Origin: Aciduliprofundum boonei T469
GTDB taxonomy: Archaea; Thermoplasmatota; Thermoplasmata; Thermoplasmatales; Aciduliprofundaceae
Assembly (NCBI RefSeq): GCF_000025665.1
Contig: NC_013926.1
Span: forward strand, 1,440,001 to 1,472,000
Length of the DNA stretch: 32,000 nt
Reading direction: 5' to 3'
Under the pieces are notes generated by a model. That model saw nothing but the letters and a program-made list of their open reading frames with translations, was not told where the DNA came from and made no database searches. The position numbers and the translations under genes were made by a program. Positions 16,689 through 24,611 of this stretch are shown in pieces (the first letter of the stretch is position 1; the number at the start of each line of letters is the position of its first letter).

Positions 16689-18338
16689 TTATTTGAGCAT
16701 GGGCATCCAGATGCCCTTCTCCTTAGCAGTTCTTATTGCTATCTCGTATCCCGCATCGGCGTGACGCACAACACCTAAGCCAGGATCATTGTGCAACACC
16801 CTTGCAAGTTTCTGCTCAGCAAGCTTCGTTCCATCCGCAACTATCACCATACCCGCATGCAAAGAGTAACCTATGCCAACTCCACCTCCATGGTGGAAAG
16901 ATACCCAAGTAGCACCGGAGGCCACATTGAGCATAGCGTTGAGAATTGGCCAATCTGCGATTGCCTCACTTCCATCTTTCATCTTCTCCGTCTCTCTATA
17001 AGGCGAGGCTACGCTTCCAGTGTCATGATGATCTCGGCCAATAGCTATGGGCGCATCCACCACTCCCTCGCGAACTAATTCGTTGAATGCCAGTCCTGCT
17101 TTTTCTCTCTCTCCAAAATTGAGCCACAGGATTCTCGCAGGTAATCCCTGCCACTTCACATGCTCTTCCGCCTTATCTAACCACTGGATAACATGCTTAT
17201 TCTCCGGGAACAATTTTCTTATTGCATTGTCAGTCTCAAATATATCCTCTGGGTTTCCGCTCAAAGCAACCCATCTAAAAGGCCCACTTCCTTCGGAGAA
17301 CAATGGGCGAATATACTCAGGTACATACCCAGGAATCTTAAATGCATCCTCAACGCCAGCCTCCTTTGCCTGTGCCCTGATATTGTTTCCGTAATCAAAT
17401 ACCTTGGCTCCACGCTCTTTGAACCATACCATTGCGGGCACATGCTTGCGGAGAGACTTGCGTACTTCTTCAAGGTACTTCTCAGGATCGTTTTCTCTCA
17501 ATTCTGCTGCTTCCTCCACAGTATATCCAGCTGGAATGTATCCATTAAGCGGGTCATGAGCGGCAGTTTGATCTGTAACAATATCTGGCACAATGCCTCT
17601 GCGCACAAGTTCTGGATAGACATCTGCAGCATTAGCAAGTAAACCTATACTTAATGGCTTTCCTTCTTTGAGGGCTTCATCTTTCATCTTAAGCGCTTCA
17701 TCCAAACTATCTGTCCAGGTATCCAAATATCCGCCTTTTAATCTCCGCTCTATGGCCCATTTATTAACCTCAACTATTATCCCAACTCCGTTGTTCATTG
17801 TTATTGCAAGAGGCTGTGCTCCTCCCATCTCTCCCAATCCTGAGGAAAGAACCCACTTACCTGTCAAATCATGCTGTCCGAATTCTTTGCGCGCGACTGC
17901 ATAGAGAGTCTCATAGGTTCCTTGAAGAATTCCCTGCGTTCCAATATAAATCCATGAGCCGGCGGTCATCTGTCCGTACATTATTAATCCTCTTTCTTCT
18001 AACTCCCGGAAATATTCCCAAGTGGCCCATTTTGGAACAAGGTTCGAGTTTGCGATGAGAACACGGGGAGCCCATTCGTGAGTTTTGAAAACAGCAACGG
18101 GCTTTCCACTCTGCACAATAAGGGTCTCATCAGTTTCCATCTCTTTGAGAGTTTTTACAATTGCATCGAACGATTCCCAATTCCTCGCAGCACGACCAGT
18201 ACCACCATAAACTATGAGATGTGCAGGATCCTTGGCCACTTCAGGGTCAAGATTATTCATAAGCAATCTCAATGGCGCCTCAGTTTGCCATGATTTTGCA
18301 TTCAATTTTGTGCCTCTGGGGGCTCTAATTTCTCGCAT
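16689..18338 (-). CDS. hutU: Urocanate hydratase (urocanase)
   Basis: Near full-length resemblance to HutU: [72 protein letters not shown]. Start ATG 18338 (MREIRAPRG); the track's GTG 18347 is an alternative. Confidence 0.93.
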   Translation of the reverse strand: MREIRAPRGTKLNAKSWQTEAPLRLLMNNLDPEVAKDPAHLIVYGGTGRAARNWESFDAIVKTLKEMETDETLIVQSGKPVAVFKTHEWAPRVLIANSNLVPKWATWEYFRELEERGLIMYGQMTAGSWIYIGTQGILQGTYETLYAVARKEFGQHDLTGKWVLSSGLGEMGGAQPLAITMNNGVGIIVEVNKWAIERRLKGGYLDTWTDSLDEALKMKDEALKEGKPLSIGLLANAADVYPELVRRGIVPDIVTDQTAAHDPLNGYIPAGYTVEEAAELRENDPEKYLEEVRKSLRKHVPAMVWFKERGAKVFDYGNNIRAQAKEAGVEDAFKIPGYVPEYIRPLFSEGSGPFRWVALSGNPEDIFETDNAIRKLFPENKHVIQWLDKAEEHVKWQGLPARILWLNFGEREKAGLAFNELVREGVVDAPIAIGRDHHDTGSVASPYRETEKMKDGSEAIADWPILNAMLNVASGATWVSFHHGGGVGIGYSLHAGMVIVADGTKLAEQKLARVLHNDPGLGVVRHADAGYEIAIRTAKEKGIWMPMLK

Positions 18339-18354
18339 AATTTCCACATGAAAT

Positions 18355-18378
18355 GAATAGATAAATATTTTATTAAAG
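18355..18378. promoter_or_regulatory. A/T-rich block with back-to-back TATA-like elements between divergent hutU and the yhbY-like gene
   Basis: Sequence aatagATAAATATTTTATTAAAgg. Each TATA-like element sits ~23-24 nt from the ATG it faces, consistent with leaderless or very short-leader mRNAs. Confidence 0.4.
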
Positions 18379-18395
18379 GCCTCGATACTCTTTCT

Positions 18396-18617
18396 ATGGA
18401 TATAAAAGCAACTGTGCAGATAGGCAAGGGAGGAATAACGGATGGCGTGAAAAGAGAGATAAAGGAGCAGTTAAAAAAGAGAAAGATAATCAAGATAAAA
18501 TTCTTGCAAAACGCGGATAGAGAGAACTTCAAAGAAAAAATTGAAAAATTAGCAAAGGATGTGAATGCCGAAATTTTGGAGATTAGAGGATTCACTGCTG
18601 TTCTGAAGAAGAGATGA
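18396..18617 (+). CDS. YhbY/CRS1 (CRM-domain) RNA-binding protein
   Basis: 73 aa reading [30 protein letters not shown]...[14 protein letters not shown], which matches the GKxG(I/L)T CRM-domain pattern. Confidence 0.75.
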   Translation: MDIKATVQIGKGGITDGVKREIKEQLKKRKIIKIKFLQNADRENFKEKIEKLAKDVNAEILEIRGFTAVLKKR

Positions 18618-19092
18618 GTTTCTCAATTTCCCTTTTCAATTCTTTGTAATTTTCCCTTATCCCTTGAACAATTACCTTAGTATCGCTTATGACAGGCATG
18701 AAATTCGTATCTCCATTCCATCTTGGCACAATGTGCACATGCAAATGCCCTTCTATGCCGGCCCCGGCAACTCTTCCAATGTTCAGTCCTATGTTGAAGC
18801 CCTGAGGATTCATCGTCCTCTTTATAACCCTTACCATAAGTGCTGTGAGTGCGTGTACATCTTCCCATTCTTCCTCGCTTAAATCTTCAATCTCACCCAC
18901 ATGTCTGTAAGGTGCAACCATCACATGCCCAGGATTGTATGGATAATTGTTCATTATGACAAAAGCATGTTTGCCTCGATAGAGAATTAGATTTTTCTCA
19001 TCATCCCCATTGGGCAATTTGCAAAATATACATTCATCCATCTTCTCCATGCGGATATACTCAATTCTCCAAGGTGCCCATAGCTGTTGCAT
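18592..19092 (-). CDS. HIT (histidine triad) family nucleotide hydrolase/phosphorylase, GalT-like/Ap4A-phosphorylase-like subgroup
   Basis: Histidine triad GHLHVHIVPRW and N-terminal LWAPWRIEYI motif. I prefer ATG 19092 (MQQLWAPWR), ~26 nt from a TATA-like block, over the track start 19140. The 3' end overlaps the yhbY-like gene convergently by 26 nt. Confidence 0.8.
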   Translation of the reverse strand: MQQLWAPWRIEYIRMEKMDECIFCKLPNGDDEKNLILYRGKHAFVIMNNYPYNPGHVMVAPYRHVGEIEDLSEEEWEDVHALTALMVRVIKRTMNPQGFNIGLNIGRVAGAGIEGHLHVHIVPRWNGDTNFMPVISDTKVIVQGIRENYKELKREIEKLISSSEQQ

Positions 19093-19110
19093 AAAGCATG
19101 ATGGCAAAGG

Positions 19111-19125
19111 ATTATTAAAAAGATA
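19111..19125. promoter_or_regulatory. Shared A/T-rich TATA-like block in the 46-nt spacer between divergent HIT and truA
   Basis: Sequence ATTATTAAAAAGATA. Its centre is ~21 nt from truA ATG (19139) and ~26 nt from HIT ATG (19092). Confidence 0.4.
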
Positions 19126-19138
19126 CCGATATTCATCC

Positions 19139-19900
19139 ATGCTCCTGAAATTTGCCTATGATGGTACAAGGTTCTATGGATACCAAAGGCAAAAGGATGT
19201 ACCTACCGTTGAGGGAGAGATTTTGAAAGCCCTTGAAAATATGGGAATTAAAAATTTGAAAAGTGCTTCACGCACAGATAGAGGAGTAAGTGCTTTAGGA
19301 AATGTGATATGGATTAAAACAGATATTGATGGAAAAGAGCTAATAGGAAGGTTAAATGCAAATTTAAAACACATCTATTTTCACTCATTTGCAAATTTGG
19401 ATATAAATCCAAGATATGCCAGGATAAGATGGTACAGGTACCATTTACTCGATATGGGGCAAGATATGGATAGATTGAAAGAAGCAGCCATGATATTTCA
19501 AGGTGAGCACGATTTTCGAAATTTCACGAGAGTTAGAAAAAATACAGTAATAGAAATAAAAAAAATTGATGTAAATAAAAGAGGAAGCATAATCACTATA
19601 GATTTCTATGGTAGAAATTACCTGTGGAACTTGATAAGGAGAATAGTAGCCGCCATGGAGACCTACTCCCTCGGCAAAGAGTTTGGCCAAGAGATATTTA
19701 CTATTCGCAAGAATTTTGGAATTGCACCACCAGAGCCCTTGATACTAATGGATATCCAGTACGATTTTCAATTTGAAAAAATTGGATTTAAGAAAGATAC
19801 AAGAAGATTTTTTTCAACTAATTTCTTTAGCAGGTACATCTATTTTTACTTAGCAAATCCTGAGAAAAATATAAATCATTTAAGTTCATACGACTTTTGA
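19139..19900 (+). CDS. truA: tRNA pseudouridine(38-40) synthase TruA/Pus1-like
   Basis: Sequence MLLKFAYDGTRFYGYQRQ and catalytic SRTDRGVSALGNV. The track ORF start (19010) runs through the HIT gene 5' region and is rejected. Confidence 0.88.
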   Translation: MLLKFAYDGTRFYGYQRQKDVPTVEGEILKALENMGIKNLKSASRTDRGVSALGNVIWIKTDIDGKELIGRLNANLKHIYFHSFANLDINPRYARIRWYRYHLLDMGQDMDRLKEAAMIFQGEHDFRNFTRVRKNTVIEIKKIDVNKRGSIITIDFYGRNYLWNLIRRIVAAMETYSLGKEFGQEIFTIRKNFGIAPPEPLILMDIQYDFQFEKIGFKKDTRRFFSTNFFSRYIYFYLANPEKNINHLSSYDF

Positions 19901-20442
19901 TGAAAGAGATTGAAATCGTTGATGATCCAGATAAAATAAAAATCATAATTGAAGACACAAGAACAAAAATTCTTAGGCTCTTAAAATTTAGGGATATGAC
20001 TATTTCAGAACTTGCATCCATTTTAAATAAGGATGTATCCACCATATTCAGGCACATCAAAAAATTAGAAGCTGCTGGATTCGTAAAGGTAACTGGAGAG
20101 AGAAAGATACACAATGTGCCTGAAAAGATTTATGGAAGGACTATCAAAACCATATTCCTAGCACCCGAGACTTATACGAAAGACGAAGCAATAAAAAAGA
20201 TGAATAAGAAAAGGATTGAGATTTTGGCCGATATCTTAGAATCATTAGGGTACAAAGTTAAGGATACAGATTCATTATTTGATATCATCGTTCATTTAGA
20301 CGAATTATCAATAAAAGATATAGAAAAACTCGAAAAGGATGTTGACTGGGGGATATTGAGAAAGCTTGCCCTAATCCTTGTGCTTTTGAAAATTAGTGAT
20401 AAGGATCTTGAAAATTTAAGGGAAATAGTGAAAAAAGCTTAA
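19900..20442 (+). CDS. ArsR-family winged-helix transcriptional regulator with C-terminal helical domain
   Basis: Sequence TRTKILRLLKFRDMTISELASILNKDVSTIFRHIKKLEAAGFV. The ATG overlaps the truA stop (TGATG). Confidence 0.75.
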   Translation: MKEIEIVDDPDKIKIIIEDTRTKILRLLKFRDMTISELASILNKDVSTIFRHIKKLEAAGFVKVTGERKIHNVPEKIYGRTIKTIFLAPETYTKDEAIKKMNKKRIEILADILESLGYKVKDTDSLFDIIVHLDELSIKDIEKLEKDVDWGILRKLALILVLLKISDKDLENLREIVKKA

Positions 20443-20855
20443 TCTCCAACAATCTGCACTGCAATGCGCCTGTGCCTTCTTCTCACATCCAACTCCACAA
20501 ACACTATTTGTTGCCATGTACCCAGAATCAAGTTTCCGCCTACAATGGGCACACATAAATCTGGTTTTAAAAAGGACGCCCTTATGTGTGAATGCCCATT
20601 TCCATCATGCCATGTCTTTTCATGCTCGTAATTTATGTTTTTTGGAAAAAGTCTTTCTAATGCAGCAGGAAGATCCTTTTTCAATCCCGGCTCGTACTCA
20701 ATCGTAGTTATAGCCCCTGTGGAGCCTATTACAAAAACCAAAGCCAAGCCGTTCTTTATACCAGATCTATCTACAACACTCTGAACCATACCTGTTATAT
20801 CAATTATATCCACTTCTCCAGCAGTGCTCAAATTTATCTCTTCATAATAATTCAT
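20439..20855 (-). CDS. YjbQ/UPF0047 family protein (secondary thiamine-phosphate synthase-like)
   Basis: 138 aa with ITTIEYEPGLKKDL...WHDGNGHSHIRASFL...GTWQQIVFVELD, which is the characteristic YjbQ pattern. Confidence 0.8.
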   Translation of the reverse strand: MNYYEEINLSTAGEVDIIDITGMVQSVVDRSGIKNGLALVFVIGSTGAITTIEYEPGLKKDLPAALERLFPKNINYEHEKTWHDGNGHSHIRASFLKPDLCVPIVGGNLILGTWQQIVFVELDVRRRHRRIAVQIVGD

Positions 20856-21092
20856 TTACTTCACCCTCATAGCAAGATGAGTAGTTACAGTACTCACCCT
20901 CCCAAACTGCTCTATAAAGCTTGATGCTAGCTCCTCGTTGGGCGCTTCAAAAACAAGGACTACATCTGGCTTTCCAAAAATTTCAAGTTTTTCTCGAATT
21001 TTAATGCCTTCCGGAACATTCATATTACGCAATAGATGAAATAAATCGGCGAACCTCTCTGGATTTGCTGTGGCAAACATAATGAATATCAT
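20856..21092 (-). CDS. Small GYD-domain-like protein
   Basis: 78 aa. The segment KIREKLEIFGKPDVVLVFEAPNEELASSFIEQFGRVSTVTTHLAMRV parallels the GYD-family pattern (xxGEYDxVVIVEAPDDExAAxF...G.V.T.TL.AF) recalled from memory. Its stop abuts the yjbQ-like start. Confidence 0.45.
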   Translation of the reverse strand: MIFIMFATANPERFADLFHLLRNMNVPEGIKIREKLEIFGKPDVVLVFEAPNEELASSFIEQFGRVSTVTTHLAMRVK

Positions 21093-21124
21093 AAAAATAG
21101 GAAAAATTGTAATGAATATAAGTT

Positions 21125-22993
21125 TTACTTTTTCAAAACATCTTCTATCTTGAACTCTTTCCCCTCTTTCAATTTTTTAACGAAGAACTCTGAAAAGAGC
21201 TTGTATCTCTTACTTCTGTGCCTTGGCTTGCCCCGGATACTGTGCCCATGCTCTCCTTGCTTAAAAATCACTATGTATGTCTCTTTTCCCAAAGATTTTA
21301 GCACATGATAGAACATAAGGCTCTGGTCTAGAGGGCACCGATAATCCTCCAAACTGTGTATGAATAACACAGGGGTTTTCACTGCCTCTGCATAGAACAA
21401 CGGACTCAATTTTTTGTAGTTCTCATTCTCCAGAGGGTTATCACCTATAACTTCCCTGTCAAACCATAGCCCTATATCTGAAAATGCATAGGAAGTGAGC
21501 CAGTAAGATATTCCGTTCTCACTTATGGCCGCCTTGAATTTATCTGTTTGAGTAATAGCCCAGTTTGTCATATAGCCGCCATAACTTATTCCTGTTATTC
21601 CCAGTTTGTCTTTATCCACATTTTCGTTCTCTATCACCCATTCTAACCCTGCAAGAATATCTTGAAAATCCTCTAAACCTGTGCGATTTAGAACTGCCAA
21701 GGCAAATTCTTCCGAGTATCCTGTAGAGCCGCGGGGATTCGTAAAGATTACATAGAAACCCATATCGGCCATAAGCTGCGCTGTATAATGGAAATAATGA
21801 CCATACATACCCTTTGGTCCTCCATGCACAAACAGAATCGCTGGCAATTTTCTCTTTCCTGCGCCTCTAGGTTTTATGTACCATCCATCGAGCTCTTTTC
21901 CATCAAAGCTCTTGTATTTGAAATGTATGTATTTTCTAGGTTTTAACTTCTTCAAAATCTCAGAATTGTATGAGGTTAACTTCTTTAATTCTCCATCAAA
22001 TATGTACAGCTCTCCCAAGAATGTATCACTCATCATCAAAAATGCGATTTTTCCAGCAGAGCTTACTGCAAAGGAGTAAACATAGGCATCATTCCCCGCA
22101 ATTCTAATTTTATTATTTCCTTCAAATTTCTCAAGAACTACGCTACCCGCATCTGCAGTAATTGCATATACATTGCCCTCAGCATCCAATTTACCTTCAA
22201 AATTTTCCAAGCCATAAGAAGCGCTGATCTCTTTCAAATCTTTTCCATCGTATATCATCAGATACCTGTGCTCTGAGATGTACTGCATCTCTCTCTTTCC
22301 GAGCATAAGCAGAACCTTGTTATTGGAATCCACCGGATAGAAAGGTACATTCTCAAACATCTTCCTTTTCTTTCCCTTATAAGCAAAAATATCGAAGGAC
22401 TTAAACGGATTCTCTCTGCGAGCAATTGTGTATATTATCTCATCTCCGTGCCACAAGGCATTTTCCACATATTTATCCTCAAATTCATCTACAACTACTT
22501 CCCCTTCAGTGTCGTAAATCTGGATGATATTTTTCTCACAATCTCTAAATCCCTTGCCATTGAACCATACGGGAACAGAGTCATCATAGTAAAGATCCTC
22601 GTCTTCCAATTTCTTAGAGTACAATATTAGAATTTTCCTAGAATCATTGTGCCAATCCATACCTATGATATTCTTCGCTTCTATCAACCTCTTGGATGTC
22701 ATAGTATCAAGTTCTAACAAATAAAGATCACTCCTTTTCTTGTCCTCATCTACGCGCAAATAGAGCATCTTCTTTCCATCTGGAGAGAACTTGGGCATAG
22801 AGGCATCTTCCACATACCTTCTCTTCCCACTCTCAAGGTCCTCTATAACCATTGTATTTTCGTACTTGTTTTCTTTCATATTCACCTTGCGAAGAACATA
22901 GGCAACCAAAGAGCCGCTGCTAGTTATATCCACATCCTGAAGATATGAGAACTTTGCAAATGTATCTTCTTTCCATCTCATTTTAATCGCCAT
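21125..22993 (-). CDS. S9-family serine peptidase (prolyl oligopeptidase / acylaminoacyl-peptidase-like), beta-propeller plus alpha/beta-hydrolase
   Basis: Nucleophile elbow GISYGGYM, Asp region HSLEDYRCP, His region GEHGHS. A ~380-aa repeat-like N-terminal domain fits a propeller. Confidence 0.85.
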   Translation of the reverse strand: MAIKMRWKEDTFAKFSYLQDVDITSSGSLVAYVLRKVNMKENKYENTMVIEDLESGKRRYVEDASMPKFSPDGKKMLYLRVDEDKKRSDLYLLELDTMTSKRLIEAKNIIGMDWHNDSRKILILYSKKLEDEDLYYDDSVPVWFNGKGFRDCEKNIIQIYDTEGEVVVDEFEDKYVENALWHGDEIIYTIARRENPFKSFDIFAYKGKKRKMFENVPFYPVDSNNKVLLMLGKREMQYISEHRYLMIYDGKDLKEISASYGLENFEGKLDAEGNVYAITADAGSVVLEKFEGNNKIRIAGNDAYVYSFAVSSAGKIAFLMMSDTFLGELYIFDGELKKLTSYNSEILKKLKPRKYIHFKYKSFDGKELDGWYIKPRGAGKRKLPAILFVHGGPKGMYGHYFHYTAQLMADMGFYVIFTNPRGSTGYSEEFALAVLNRTGLEDFQDILAGLEWVIENENVDKDKLGITGISYGGYMTNWAITQTDKFKAAISENGISYWLTSYAFSDIGLWFDREVIGDNPLENENYKKLSPLFYAEAVKTPVLFIHSLEDYRCPLDQSLMFYHVLKSLGKETYIVIFKQGEHGHSIRGKPRHRSKRYKLFSEFFVKKLKEGKEFKIEDVLKK

Positions 22994-23016
22994 GGTAGAA
23001 TAGTGTTCATCTATAT

Positions 23017-23385
23017 TTATTTCTCTTCAACATTTCTCGTAGCAATAATATTTACCCCGAGGTCTAAAATATTCTCAACAACAATATCTCCTACTTTTAT
23101 CGGGGCTAATGCTTCAACATTTGACAGATATTTCATAATCTTTCTAATCATATCCTTGGGTACAGGCTTATCTGTTTTTACTGATACAATGGGATATTCA
23201 CCATTTTTGACCTTAACAACGCTCATTACTATCCTCTTCGGCTCCAATATCTCCTCTCGAACCCACTCCTCCCCCCTAGAGCATCTGCATCCCCGAATTT
23301 TTAAATCACTCCCGTTTAATTCAGCCTCAATATAACAGCCTAAAGGACATATTATACAAGTAAATCTATATAACTTGGACATCAC
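23017..23385 (-). CDS. DUF1667 domain protein (small Cys-rich subunit of GlpA-like oxidoreductase clusters)
   Basis: Sequence CIICPLGCYIEAELNG..LKIRGCRCSRG. 4-nt overlap with the upstream oxidoreductase gene. Confidence 0.75.
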   Translation of the reverse strand: MMSKLYRFTCIICPLGCYIEAELNGSDLKIRGCRCSRGEEWVREEILEPKRIVMSVVKVKNGEYPIVSVKTDKPVPKDMIRKIMKYLSNVEALAPIKVGDIVVENILDLGVNIIATRNVEEK

Positions 23386-24611
23386 TCCACCTCCAAAGTC
23401 AACTCTTTTATTTCCTTCTGTATTTTTTTCACTGGTAACCTAATTTTCAACATCTCGGAAGGTTTGACTACTGGATATTTTATTTTATATCCTATATCCC
23501 CAAATTTTAGAGTGACATTTTCCTGTGGATTTTTCACTCTTGCATAAAAGATTACATTTTTTTCTCCGCTTATATAATGGGGTACCACAAATCTCAGATT
23601 TCCCTCAATTTTTATCTTTATTTTTCGGGAAGATGGAAGGTTATTATCCACATAGTTTTTAGCAGAGAAAGCAGCTAACTCACCCTGCTCAACCACATAG
23701 TCCACAAGGTCATTTATAATTAAAGAATTACCTGCAACAAAAATCCCTCTCACACTGGTTTCTAAATTCTCATCAACCACAGGACCTCCTGTACGGGCGT
23801 CTATATCAATACCTATTTTTTCTAACAACTTAACACGAGGTACTAATCCTGCAGATATTATCACGGTATCGCATTCTATATCAAATTCAGTACCTTCTAC
23901 AGGTTCCAACTTATCGTTTACTTTAACTACTTTAACACTCTCAACTCTATTTTTACCTCTTATTTCTATGACTTTATGTGAGAGATATAATGGAATTGAA
24001 AAATCTTGGAGACATTGAATAATGTTTCTTGCTAAGCCTCCCGGATAAGGCATAAGCTCTATAACTGCCTTTACCTCAGCACCTTCCAAAGCAAATCTTC
24101 TCGCCATTATAAGCCCAACATCTCCAGATCCTACGATCACTATCTCCTTTCCAGGCATAATCCCATAAATATCCATCATAGTTTGGGCTTCGCCTGCAGT
24201 GAACACCCCTGCCACTCTGTCCCCCACGATACCTATTTCAAATCTATGTCTTTCCCTCGCTCCCGACGCGTATATTATACTTTTAGTAAGCACTTCTTCT
24301 AACCCCTGTGGCGATACATATTTCACCCTTTTTAGTTCTTCCTCCACTGAAATATCAAGTACGGTTGCCTCTGTGATGTATTCAACATTTAAACTCCTGA
24401 ATTTTTCTATGAGTTTATGAGCAAATTCTGGACCAGTTAAATCTTCTTTAAAATAGTGTAGACCGAATCCTGGATGAATACATTGAGGTAATATTCCTCC
24501 AAGGTATTCCTTCTCATCTAAAAGCAAAACCTTGAGTCCCAATTCTTTGGCTTTTATGGATGCCGCTAATCCGGCAGGGCCTCCCCCTATCACCACTGTA
24601 TCGTAAATCAT
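23382..24611 (-). CDS. FAD/NAD(P)-binding pyridine-nucleotide-disulfide-oxidoreductase-like protein (NOX-like subunit)
   Basis: Two Rossmann motifs: VVIGGGPAGLAAS and VIVGSGDVGLIMARRFALEGAEV. Confidence 0.8.
   Translation of the reverse strand: MIYDTVVIGGGPAGLAASIKAKELGLKVLLLDEKEYLGGILPQCIHPGFGLHYFKEDLTGPEFAHKLIEKFRSLNVEYITEATVLDISVEEELKRVKYVSPQGLEEVLTKSIIYASGARERHRFEIGIVGDRVAGVFTAGEAQTMMDIYGIMPGKEIVIVGSGDVGLIMARRFALEGAEVKAVIELMPYPGGLARNIIQCLQDFSIPLYLSHKVIEIRGKNRVESVKVVKVNDKLEPVEGTEFDIECDTVIISAGLVPRVKLLEKIGIDIDARTGGPVVDENLETSVRGIFVAGNSLIINDLVDYVVEQGELAAFSAKNYVDNNLPSSRKIKIKIEGNLRFVVPHYISGEKNVIFYARVKNPQENVTLKFGDIGYKIKYPVVKPSEMLKIRLPVKKIQKEIKELTLEVE

Noticed and set aside
18302-18595. 97-aa minus-strand ORF antisense to the yhbY-like gene
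   Set aside because: Phe/Ile/Ser-rich shadow ORF of a Lys/Glu-rich gene. It would also overlap the hutU start, and it has no motif support.
19010-19140. Long start choices for truA (19010) and HIT (19140) that would make the two genes overlap head-to-head by ~130 nt
   Set aside because: The conserved N-termini begin at MLLKFAYDG (19139) and MQQLWAPWR (19092). The extra residues match nothing and would eliminate any promoter space.
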